Assembly: GCA_951406725.2 (NCBI GenBank)
Contig: OX597818.1
Location: 85,312,001 to 85,376,000 of the forward strand
Length of the DNA: 64,000 bases
Origin: Octopus vulgaris
Lineage: Eukaryota
Direction: 5' to 3'
Made by a program: the position numbers and the translations under genes. Below the pieces are notes generated by a model. That model made no database searches. It had not been told where the DNA came from and was given only the letters and a program-made list of their open reading frames with translations. Positions within the stretch are counted from its first letter, which is position 1. Each line of letters begins with the position of its first letter. Below, piece by piece: positions 51,759-64,000 of this stretch.

Positions 51759-53567
51759 GCAGCTCTGAGAGTTCCTACTGTTATTACCAACAATTAAGCT
51801 AGTCATACTGTTTAGCAGTATTTCTTCCAATTCTTTACATTCTGGGTACAAATCGTGCTGAGGTTGACTTTGTCTTTCAAAAATATATATAGATACACAC
51901 ACACAGGGCTTCTTTCACTTTCCATCTTCTAGATCCACTCACGATGCTTTAGTCAGCCTGGGGCTATAGTAGAAGACACTTATCCAAGGAGCCATGCAAT
52001 GTGCCTGAACCATGTGGTTGGGAATCAAACGCTTTACTATGCATGAATATGTAATTGAATGTATGTATGCATATGTGTGTGAATAAATGCATACATATAT
52101 GTGTGTGAGTGTATGTGTGTGTGTGAATAAGTGCATACACACACACACATATATATATGTAAGTGCATAAATATATATGGGCTTGGGTGTATGTATAAAT
52201 ATAGGCACACACATATATATAGATAAGTGCACATATATATGTGCTTGTATGTTTGTATAAATACACACACACATGCAAACGTCCTTATTTTTATTTATCC
52301 ACACACATGTACATGTGTATGAAAGGATAGGCTACATCCCAATTATATTGATATTCATGCTAATTACGTATATGGGTCATAACTGCCGCAGAATAGATGG
52401 GACAGATTTACTTTTATCCTTATTTCTTTGGCACCTCCCACTGTATCTAGTTTCAAATTCCAGTCTATCCTCTCCCCACTCAACCACTTGTCTGTCTTTG
52501 ACACCCTCCAATAATTTATTCTTTTCCCAATACATGCGTGTGCACACACACACACACAAACACACATACACACAGGTACACTCACTCACACATATATACA
52601 AATATATTCGTGTATATATATGTATATATGTACACAAATACACACATACAAATGCATGTATACACACACACACACACATATATATAAACACACACATACA
52701 TATGAGTGTATGTGGTATATATCTTTATGTGTGTGTATATCTATATATTTATTCACAAACACACACATATGCTCACATGCACACATATATACGAATACAA
52801 CCAATTCTTATGAAACTGATCTCTCTTTTATTGTCCTATTTATTTCCACTACCCTGTAGTTTTTGGTGACGTTTCTGTCGGAGCTTCTATCACTCTGGAC
52901 CAATAATTTGTAATCAACCTCAATGATAACGATACTCATGGTTTCTAATTTCTCCACAAGCTGACCTTTACCCATCAAGTTGGAGGACATTTGTCTTGGT
53001 GGTCGTGGTGGTCGTGGTGGTCGTGGTGGCTGCTTGCAGTATCGTACTTGTCTTCTGACTGGCTTGCTGTCTTCAAGCTAAGTTAGTTGCTCGTTAGTGT
53101 TATTTAAGCACTGAAAATAATTAGGAAATTGAAAGTGGTTGTTCATTATCTGTTTATGTATATGTGTTTGTATGTATGTATGTGTATACTTGTGTATATT
53201 ATATATGTGTAGGTATTTATGTGTATATGTATGTATTCTTTTATTATTTTCTTGTTTCAGTCATTTGACTGTGGCCATACTGGAGCACTGCTATATGTGT
53301 ATGAATATATTTATCGGTGTGTGTGTGTGTGTGTGTGTGTATGTTTATTTATAAGTGTATATATTACTCTAGGTGATATTTGGTTAATAACTGATGAGTA
53401 ATTGAGCATGTCTGCATCTGTTGTGTGTTTTCCTGTTATTCCACATATTCTTTTGTTGTTCTCTTGTGGCAGATTTTTATGGTGTGTGTATGTGTGTGTG
53501 TGTCATTACACCAACACTAGTGAAGTTCTTGTCCTCTGCAAGACTAAAGAAAACTGTCTATTTCACA

Positions 53568-53739
<172 letters not shown>

Positions 53740-54888
53740 TCCTACACACATGCATTCACACAATTGTATTTTTAAGTGCCTTTGTGTATGAAGGGTAAAG
53801 TTGGTTTGCACAAGATTTAAATGAGGAAATGTGGAGGTATATATCATTAGATACCACAAAACATTGTGATTAGTGTTCTGCCGATTCTGCTATCATTTGC
53901 CCTTAATAATGATAAAGATGACATAACAACAACAAAAATGACAACTACAACAACAACAACAAGGTATATTTTCAACTGGAACAGTCACAGAATCTATAAT
54001 AAAGATCTCACTTTATAAGGTTCTCCTTTCTTCCCATCCTATGGAATAATAAATTTTGGTGGTTGTTGTTGGTGGTGGTGGTGGTGGGGAACAGTGATGT
54101 TGACGGGATGAGGAAGAAAGTTAATGCTGTAAAAAAAGCGGCAAAAGCAAAAAAAAAAATCTTAGAGATAAGAACACCCCTATCCATCACCCCCACCCAC
54201 CCTGCCCGTTTAACTCTTCTACCACTTACTTATTCCATGCTAGAATTATTCCGCAGAGTGATACTGGGAATGCTTCGGAAGACTCCCACCCCATCCCACC
54301 TGCTGTGTTCCCCTCCCTAGCAGCCTTCTCTCATGTACTTCACTCATCTTTAGTTTGCATCCTTCCATTTATGCATTTATGTACCAGGATAGATATAACA
54401 TATTTATATATACCCACATATACACACACACACACACACACTCACACACCATGTTATCTATCCTGTTGTTCATTCATCCATTTATTTTTCAACCTGGCAC
54501 ACATATACTCTGGCTGTTGTTATGTTATATATGCAAACATGTATATACACTCACACATGCATGTGTACGTAAACACACACATGCACTCGCATAACCAGGT
54601 AGTTGTTAATACACAAATACATGTATATATACACATGCATGCACCCATTGCGTTATCTATCTGTCTGTTCATCCAGTCAAACATCCACTCTTCAATCCAA
54701 CTTAGATGTGTGTGCATGGGTATATACATGCAGTTTTACACAAATGCACACAATATGCAATTTTGCACAAATATATATATATATATATGTATACACACAC
54801 ACATACACACACAATGTGTGTCTGCGCTATGTATCTGTGTATATATATACATATATATGTACGCAGTGTATGTATGCATGTATGTATG

Positions 54889-54930
<42 letters not shown>

Positions 54931-54950
54931 TCGATTTTCACAAAAAACAT

Positions 54951-54986
<36 letters not shown>

Positions 54987-55305
54987 TCATACAACTGTAT
55001 ACAAATATCCACAATTCTAACACTCTATGGCACCAGATGTGTTTCTGAGTCTATTTTCTTTTGAATCATTTTCCTTTCCTCAGACAATTCTATGTTGTTT
55101 CTTAGTCTTCATGCTGCTGCTGTTGTTGTTTATAATTTCCTGTATTTTATTTATTTATTTATTTATTCCATATTATTGTGTATTTCTTTCATTTGATTTG
55201 CTATATTGTTTTTAGTTGCTTTTTTTTTTACCTTTCTGTCATATCTTTTATTTCTGGTTTGTGTTTTTGTGTATGCATGTGTTCATGTGTATGTATGTAC
55301 ATATT

Positions 55306-55346
<41 letters not shown>

Positions 55347-55490
55347 ATGTATATACATGTGTTCATGTATGTGTGTTTATATATGCATATGTGTGTCTGT
55401 ATATATGCATGTGTGTATGCTTAATTGCTTTTGTGTTTGTCTGTTCATATGTGTATGTGGTAATTTATGCATATACATGTGTGTGTGTTC

Positions 55491-55532
<42 letters not shown>

Positions 55533-58500
55533 TTGTGTATGTATGTTTGTACATATACATAGAGAGAATGAGATGAATACATGTATATCTTTATGTGTGA
55601 GTGTGTGGCTGTATATATATTTGGGTGAGTACATGTATTTGTATGTGTGTGTATATCGCTGTATGTATACGAATGGGTTTTCCTTGTACAACTTTATTTT
55701 CACATATTATATTATCGCATTCTTCCTTTTTGCATATTTAAAAACAATAATATGACTTCTTGATTCTAATCCAGTCTTTGATTCTGGTTGTTGTTTTGTT
55801 TGTGCAAATGCATATGTGCATATACATTTGCAAATGGGCATAAAACAATGAAGATAATAATGTGTATATGTATGTGCGTTCATATATATACACACACATT
55901 TAAAGTTAGATGAAAAAAGGATGTCATCATTGGTGGATGTTAATGTGGAATTGATAGCAATTGTTTGTGATTATAATGCTGGTAATGATTTTGATGATGG
56001 TGGTGATGATGTTGATGATGTGGATGATGTCTTGCTTTGTGGTGGTGTTGGTGGTATTAATGGTGATAGTGGTGGTGTTGGTAATGTGGGTGATACCGTG
56101 TGTGGTGGTGGTGGTGATGGTGCTGCTGCTTGCAGTGTTAATGATGCCATGCATGGCGATGGTGATGTTGACGATGCCATGCATGATGGTCATGATGGCA
56201 GCGGCACTGTTGGTAGTGATGTTGATTGAGGTGTGTGTGTGCAGGGTGGAGCGGGGTGCTCCTCTGTTGTGTCATTGATAATGTAATGTATAAACGGTAA
56301 TAGTGATGCTAGCAGTTTTTGGAAATGATAATGTAACTTCACAGTGTTGTTGTTGTTGTTGGCGGCGGTAGTGTTGATGGTGGTGGTGGTGGCAGTGGTT
56401 TATGATGGTGCGGTTCTATGGCCGTCGTCGTTGTCATCGTGATGACAGCGAAAATAGGGACATATGTGTTAGAGATAGAGATGAATACGATGGTGCCATG
56501 CCACTGAGTAGTAAATACGATGGTAATGATGCTGCTTGTCTTCGGTTTGGTTGGGGCGGCATGTGGTGGTATTGATGATAATGGTGAGAGTTGTGGTGCC
56601 GCCAACGGTGAAGCTGGATATGGATGGGATGTGGGTGTTAATAGGTGATGGTGGCAGTGTAAATTGAAAGAATAATGCACATTTTCAGTAATAGTTTTCC
56701 TTTGAAGTGTGTTGCATCTTCTGTGTGCATATGCACACTCATGCATGTGTGTGAACACATACACTATCAATTACCATGAAACATATGCACAATATCTCCT
56801 ATTATAGATATGTGATCACCCATACAGACTTATAAACACGTGTGACTGTACGTGCTCATGTGTGCGCTATTTGTGTCTGTGTATTATGTTTGTATATTTG
56901 TGTGTATGTATGTATGTATATATATATATATATATATATATAGTGTGTGTGTATATTTGTGTGTATATATCCATTTATATATTTATATATAGACATGTAT
57001 TTTGTATGTGTATTTATATATATGAATATATGTGTATGTGTCTATGTGTATATATATGTATATATAAGTATATAAATGTGTACGTGTCTGTGTATATATA
57101 TATGTATATAAATGTGTATGCGACTGTGTATATATATATATGCATATGTAAGTGTATGTGTGTGTGTGTCTAGTGTGTGTATATATGTATGTATATATCC
57201 GTGTTTGAGCATGTGTATGCGTATATCTTCTGTTACACATATATGATCGTGCATACAGTTTCATAAACATAAACGACTGTGTGCACATGTGTATATTTGT
57301 GTGTGTGTGTCTTGTATTATAGATATATAATCACTCATACAGACATGACTGTATGAGTGAGTAAGTGAACATATGGGTCTGTATGTATGTATGTATGTAT
57401 GTGTGTGTCTTTGTGCATGCATGTTTATTCTGGTTATGCTATTTGACTATAAGCACATCTTCATATGCACACATCAATGCATAGACTGTCTCTAGAACTA
57501 GAACGAAGATTGTGTGACTTACATGCAATTGTGGATGCACACACATGCACATGCATACATATGTCTATGCTCATTCCTTTCTCTGTCTTTCACACACACT
57601 TATACACGATAAACTCACTAACAGTGATACATATACATACATTGTCTCATAAATGCATATTGCCACCCCCACTCTCCCACACATTTATATTCACTTACAT
57701 GCACACACTCTTGCACTTAGCTTCAAGAGCAATGGACTGCTGTTACTGCTAAGTGTTTGCAAGAGTTATACACAAAAGCAGTTCCTTATATGGTCATTTT
57801 GAAATTTACCATAATGAGGGATCCCCACCCACCTACTAATCACTGCAGTGAATCCTTCACCCTCAGTGTAACATACATAGTGTTATGTTTTCTGTTGTGC
57901 TAGTGGTGGTGGGTCACTTGTAGAATGGTTCTCTCTGAGTAGTTTAGAATTAGTACTTAGTAAATTACAAATAAACACTCTATGTATTCTTTAACCTTTC
58001 AACATTTAAACTGGCTATATCAAGCCCAAATATTCTACCTGTTTTATGTTAAAACCAGGCAGATTGAGCTTCTCACACCTATGCTACAATGCCATTTTAA
58101 GACTAACCAATCACATCATAAAAAGCTTGCAGTACCCTCTGTAAAATGGTTGGAATTAGGAAGGGTATCCAGCCATAGAAATCATGCCAAAACAGACAAA
58201 TGAAGCCCAAGCAACTCTTCAGCTGGCCAGCCCCTATCAAATCATCCAACCCATGCCAGCATGGAAAATGGATCTGAAATTATGAGGAGGAGGATGGTGA
58301 TATAAATAAGCATGTATTTATCACTGTCTTGACTAAACTATCAAATGTTGTTATACACTGCTGGTTACAATGCACTTCCTTGCATTTTAGCTTTCAGATG
58401 ATTCCATCTGAATGGGATTCCAGATTATCACAGAGTTAAACATAAACAGCTGATCGGACTGAAGCAGCATGAAATGAAAGTGTTTTGCACAAGAACACGA

Positions 58501-58870
58501 TACACCACCTGGTCTGGGATTTGAAACCATGATCTTGTGATTGTAGCTCCCTAGCCACAATGCAACAAACCTTCACTGTATGTGTGTGTGTGTGTATGTG
58601 ACTCTTCATGCAACCAAATGTATATTTTTTTAAAGGTAGAAGTCCATGTCCTATACGTCACATATGTGTGTGTGTGAGTGTGTGCATGTATGTGTATGTA
58701 TGCTTGTGTCTATTTCTAGTTAGTACTTTGTTTATATATATTTTCTCTATCACTAATAAATCAAATAGGAATGGTGGTGTTAGTTGTGATGGTCAGCACA
58801 TTGTTACTTCATTTCTTTTTTAATTATCAAGGTTCTTTATCTTATGTATGTAAGTGTGTATGTATGCATA

Positions 58871-58990
58871 TGCTTGTGTCTCATGTATGTATATGCTTGT
58901 GTCTCATGTATGTATATGCTTGTGTCACATGTATGTATATGCTTGTGTCTCATGTATGTATATGCTTGTGTCTCATGTATGTGTATGCTA
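58871..58990. repeat. 23-bp tandem repeat, about 5 copies
   Basis: Unit tgcttgtgtctcatgtatgtata. Confidence 0.85.
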
Positions 58991-60408
58991 TGTGTAAGTA
59001 TATATGTATACTTGGGTATCTTGTTTGAGTTTGTATGTATGTCATGTGTACATGTATGTATACACTTGTATGCACATGTATGTTTACTTGTGCAGCTTAT
59101 GTGTGTGTATGTATGTCTTGTGTACATGCACATGAATACTTGTATGTATGTGTATGTATATATGTATATGCCATTGTGTGGTAAGCCCTTGTGAATCTGT
59201 CATCACAAGAACACCCTGCAACTCACCAATTAGTTGCAGTAAATATTTGATTAAAGCCTTTCTCTTACTGTATCATTAATATTTCACCACACTTCATTTT
59301 TTATTCTTTGACCTGAAAATGTAGTGGCAGTGGTAGTGACAGCAGTGTTGGTTGTGGTTGTTGTGGTGGCAGTGTAACTGTGGTGGTGGTTATAGTGATG
59401 CTGGTGGCTTGTTAGTTAGTAGCTAGGGCTATGATGGTAGTAGTGGTGGCAGCAGTTACGGTGATGATGGTCAAACAGCATTTGGTAATAGATGTTGCTA
59501 TTTAGCCCCAGCTCATCCCCTCATTAATTAAATCTATTATGAGATTCCACTCATGACCATCATGTCTTTCTTCCTTTCCTATGTGCAAGGTGCCCGGCAC
59601 TATATTCCCCTTGTGTCCTTATTTAAAGAGTGAAGTGTCATCTAAATACAAATTCGCTGCTATTTCTAGCAAATCACCTGACCGTGGTTTCTTCATTGGC
59701 TCATTGTGTAATATTGGTTTCAAATTTTGGTACAAAGCTAGCAGTTTTCCAACCAGGGCTAAGTCAGTTACATCAACACCAGTGCTCAACTGGTACTTAT
59801 TTTATCTTGTAACTTTGAGATTTTGATGATGTGATTGTTTATCATATTTTCTGGTATACAAGTTGAATCTTTCAGACCAAAATTTACTGCCAAAATAGGG
59901 CAAGTCAACTTATACACCAAAACGACTTCAGAAAACCAAAAATTCCGTGTGAAATGTAGCAGGATTTGGAAAGATAATGTTTGAATGTTTACAATATATG
60001 TTTATGCTATATTTTTAGAGCATCATTGCTGGGTAGGTGTGCAAGGCCAGATATGGCTAGTTTGATCGTTTAGCATTCAGATTACTCTCTCATATGTAAT
60101 GCTTATTTATTTGTATTGTTTTGAATTAATCATGCTTTATCTTATAGCTTCAAGATTTATATGATGTACTGTTTATTTTTAGAATGTCATTGTAGGGTAG
60201 GTGTGAGAGGCCAGATCTGACTGGTTCGAACATAAAACAATATGGGATGAATATGACTGGTACTATTTTTATCAGGCTGAGTGGTCCCATAGTGGCTCCC
60301 CAGTGTTTATGTTGGTGATAATGAGATAGTGGTGGCTTCCATATTATTTATTAAAAGTTGTTAATTGTTTGATTTGTTTTACTTTCATGTTGTCCCTTTA
60401 TTTTGCAG

Positions 60409-60537
60409 GTGTCCATTGAGTCAAGCCACTCTGCCATGCCTTACGAGACTATTCATGTGGCCCCTGACCAAAGGATCTTTCCTGATCTCTACTTTGATTT
60501 GGATAAGGAGCATTTGTACGCCATGACCCCTAATAAG
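60409..60537 (+). CDS. Internal exon of a plexin (plexin A-like), C-terminal end of the Sema domain
   Basis: Polypyrimidine tract and ttttgcAG acceptor (60407-08), AAG|GTaggt donor (60538). 129 bp = 43 codons, phase 0/0: VSIESSHSAMPYETIHVAPDQRIFPDLYFDLDKEHLYAMTPNK. Matches the remembered plexin last-blade pattern (V.IESS..A..YE...V.....I..D..FD.....LY.M...K) that precedes the first PSI domain. The A versus B subfamily is not certain. Confidence 0.85.
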
Positions 60538-61452
60538 GTAGGTCTATCTCATTTTACTCATTATTTAACAGTTACCTTTCTTGCCTTTTCTTTTACATTT
60601 TTCTTATAGTTGCTTTGCAAGTTTTTACACACACACACACACACACACATAAAAAGGTGCAGGCATAGCTGTGTTTTTAAGAAGTTTCCCAACCACATGG
60701 TTTCAGGTGCAGTCCCACTATGCAGTGCCTTTGGCAAGTATCTTCTACTTTAAGCCCCAGACCAATCAAACCTTTATGAGTGGATTTGGTTGTCCAATGA
60801 TATTTAACATCTTTGCATATACTTGAATATGATAAAGTATGCATTGCTTTGAGAGAAAAAAATTCTCCTTATAGACAATATGTGTGGAAAACATGCCATA
60901 GGGCTATGAATATCATCAATAGACTGGGGAAGCATGTATTACAGTGCTTGAGTGTTATCAGCAACTGATACAGAGCCATCATTTTGGGCCAGATATTTCT
61001 ACCATTATCAGTGCACATTTTTACTGCAACATTCATTGTCTTTTTTGAGCCAGATGTAATGCTTTTGTTTCTCATTAGTTTCTGCCAATTTTCTGACAAC
61101 TTTGTTTGTATTACTTTACAGTAAGACCAAGACTCATAAGCATTGAATAAAACCTGGTTCCAACGAATTCTCTAACACATGTCTTTACAGGAAGGCATAT
61201 TGCCTCCCATCCGTTGTTTTCATAGAGTTCAACTCACTGCAGTTCCTGAGGGAAGCATCTCCAGTGTTTGCTTCTCGGGGAACTGTCAGCTCTACCATCA
61301 TTACTGACTTCATTGGAGTTACTTTAGTTATAGCAAGTTAGAATATATAAATATTAACCATTTATATAATCTATTACAAGCATTTGCTGGATGTTGCAAG
61401 TATAGTACTGGGCCAATCATCCAGCAAGCATGAAACTAGAAGTGCTCCTGAT

Positions 61453-61675
61453 TTAACCCTTTCATTACTAACCCGGCCAAAACCGGCTCTGGCTCTGTAG
61501 TACAAATGTCTTGTTTTCATAAGTTTTGCATCAAAATATACCACCAAACCTCAGTTGCAATTCATATTCCTAACACTAGCTGAATGATAAATGAGTTATT
61601 TTACTAAATTCTTTGTTATATTTAAAATAATTGAAAGAAACACAGAGCATCTCAAAATAAATACAGTAACGAAAA
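61453..61675. mobile_element. piggyBac-type MITE
   Basis: Starts TTAAccctttcattacta. The body is the reverse complement of 14150-14361 and the right end is eroded (gtaacgaaa). Confidence 0.65.
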
Positions 61676-62237
61676 ATAAAATACTCATAAGTTATGAAAA
61701 GTAAAGAGCTAAATTGAATTTAACAGATTCAGATTAATACACTTCTAAAACAGGATCTGTTTGACGTTTATTAATCCATTTAAAATTCTTAAAATATATA
61801 TTACTGTATCATGTATATAGTGTAATGTTTACAAGATGAAAATTAAATGAAGAAAAGTAAAGAACATGATTTTATTTAACAGGTACAAACACAAATTAAT
61901 ACCATTCTAAAGCAGAGTATGTTTAATCTCTATCAATCCACTTTAAAAAGTAAAGAACAAATCTACTTTATTACATTACATGCAAATTAGCAAACTTCAA
62001 AAACAGGGTCTCTTTACTCAATATATGGTACAGTATATTGTATGATACTACTCAATATTTAGAGATTTCTGGAAGCTGGATAAGAGGTCCCATACTGTAA
62101 TATCATTTCAGGTGGTTATTATGAATTTCGGTGTAGGTATTCCACATTATGCATGTGACTAGCTGTGGTGTTGCTTACTTACTAGAAAAGATGGGGTGGC
62201 ATTGACAATTGGGTGGGCGTCAGTACTACCATCACTT

Positions 62238-62271
<34 letters not shown>

Positions 62272-63739
62272 CACTACTACTACCTTTATTGCCTACATGT
62301 CAGCTGCAGATTATGGTTTGATGGATGGAGTCCTAAATAGTGCTGGGGACATTTTTAACACTCTTGCTACTGCGGCTATCAAAGCTCCTGGCATGCAGCT
62401 GTCTCTGATTATGATGTGTGTGCATGCATGCGCATGTGTGTGTGTGGGGGGCGTGTCTGTCTTTATTAGAGTTGTTGTTGTTGTTTGTGTTGTACTTTCA
62501 TATGAAGACCATATAGTGGCCATTTTGTTTTGCCTGCAACAGACATAGCAATGGTTGTTTGTGATTAATCGTGGTGATAGATGGATAGAGATGATGAAAG
62601 AGGCAATGGTGGTGGCAGCTGATGCTAGTGATGGTGGTTGTACCGTGGTATTTGCTTGTAGGGGATAGTAATGGTAGTAGTGATGGTTCTAGTGGATGCA
62701 ATGGTGGTAGTAGTGGGTTGTAGTGGATGGTGATGCTAGAGGTAGTAGTAGCGATGGTAGTGGATGGTGATGGTAGTGGTCATTGTAGTGGACTGTTGTA
62801 GTGTCAGTAGTAGTAACGGTGGTGGTAGTAGTAGTAGTAGTAGTAAGTTTGCTAGTGGTGGTGGGAGTCACGGCAATAGCAGCAGCAGCTGCAAGAATGA
62901 CAATTGTAAAACCGAGAGGTGTGTTCCGCTCTTCATTTCTCTTTCACATCTACAGCCCTCATGACATTTTTATTTTAGCAGTCACTTCACCCCTACCCTA
63001 CATAATTTCTAAAGATGATAACAAGAACAACAACACTTATAATAAGCCTATGGCACCAGCACCAAGCACAGTTAATAGTTGACCAGCATTTTCATTTATA
63101 TATATATCTGTGTATTTGTATGTGTGTGTGTGTGTGTGTGTATTTCTAGTTTACCTTCAAATTCCCCTGAGGCATCTTATACAATTTGTGTCCACCTTTC
63201 CTTGTGGAAACCATGATCCATGGAGTGATGGGCATGTGTGGAGGGGAGTGACGAAGGTATTGAAGAAGTTGTTGGATGATTGTGGTTGGCAGTTGAGTCC
63301 CTGGGCGGAGGCTGCTTATATGTTTGTGTCTGAGAAATGGAGTGTGATGAAAGATAGTAAATAAGAAAGTTTTGAGAGATAGGGAGAGAGCACAAGTAGG
63401 AAAAACTGAAATGTGTTAGAGAAATAAGGGGCTTTTGCTGGCATTTGTGTGTGTGTGTATCTTTCTGAGTCTTTGTGTGTATGTATGTCTCTCTTTGTGT
63501 GCATCTGTGCATGTGTGTGTATATTTCTGCATGCATCTGTATGTGTGTGCATATGTATGTGTGAAACTGTTGACAGAACATGAAAGCTGCAGATATTAAT
63601 ATGTGAAGTGGGATGTGGGAATGGAGTGCTGTAGGTAGGTAGGTAGGTTGGTTGGTTGATAGTAGGGGTAATGTGTATGAAGCAGAAACAGAGAAGAAAT
63701 GACCACTGGCTCGTAAAAGTTCTGATAGGATGTGGGCAT

Positions 63740-63778
<39 letters not shown>

Positions 63779-64000
63779 GAGGGATGGTAAACTGTCCAGA
63801 ATAGTGGCAAGGATAGTAAGGGATAGGATAAGGGTCAGGTGAATGGTGGATCGTTCTAATGTTCAAGGGAAAAGATATATTAAGTTTGAAGAAGAAAAGA
63901 GGAAATAAAAAATGAGTGGGAGGAGGAAGAGGAGGGGTGGGGAAAGGAGGAAGAAGAGAAGACAAATCTTTTTGTATGTGTGTGTATTTCCAAGGATTGA

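Noticed and set aside
52850-52859. TACCCTGTAG, identical to the first 10 nt of miR-10
   Set aside because: The remaining sequence does not match miR-10 and there is no complementary arm for a hairpin.
62111-62161. Acceptor-like tttcAG|GTGGTT as the next plexin exon
   Set aside because: It reads VVIMNFGVGIPHYACD* and lacks the PSI cysteine pattern (C..Y..C..C...DP.CGWC).

Overview
Eukaryotic, AT-rich, extremely repeat- and microsatellite-dense DNA. The repeat families look like those of octopus (coleoid cephalopod); this taxon call is inferred from the repeats only. The only host protein-coding sequence I can support is one 129-bp phase-0/0 exon at 60409-60537 (+), encoding the end of a plexin Sema domain (plexin A-like), so most of the window is probably one intron of at least 60 kb. 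That intron holds several tRNA-derived SINE families, a 5'-truncated CR1/L2-group LINE, two R4/Dong-type LINE 3' fragments in (TAA)n, a deleted DD37D/maT transposon, mariner, piggyBac and hAT MITE-like elements, and minisatellites. The most notable observation is a set of short elements embedded in (TA)n tracts that carry hammerhead-ribozyme motifs on the minus strand: a canonical-core type I hammerhead at 362-437 framed by a perfect 40-bp inverted repeat, and a variant-core family at 15168-15205 and 3336-3371. These are probably Penelope-like or retrozyme-like remnants. A LINE/SINE pair sharing a 3' tail with a compensatory stem-loop change is also visible. Almost all ORFs in the supplied track are microsatellite artefacts. 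All comparisons were done by eye, and repeat boundaries are approximate unless stated.
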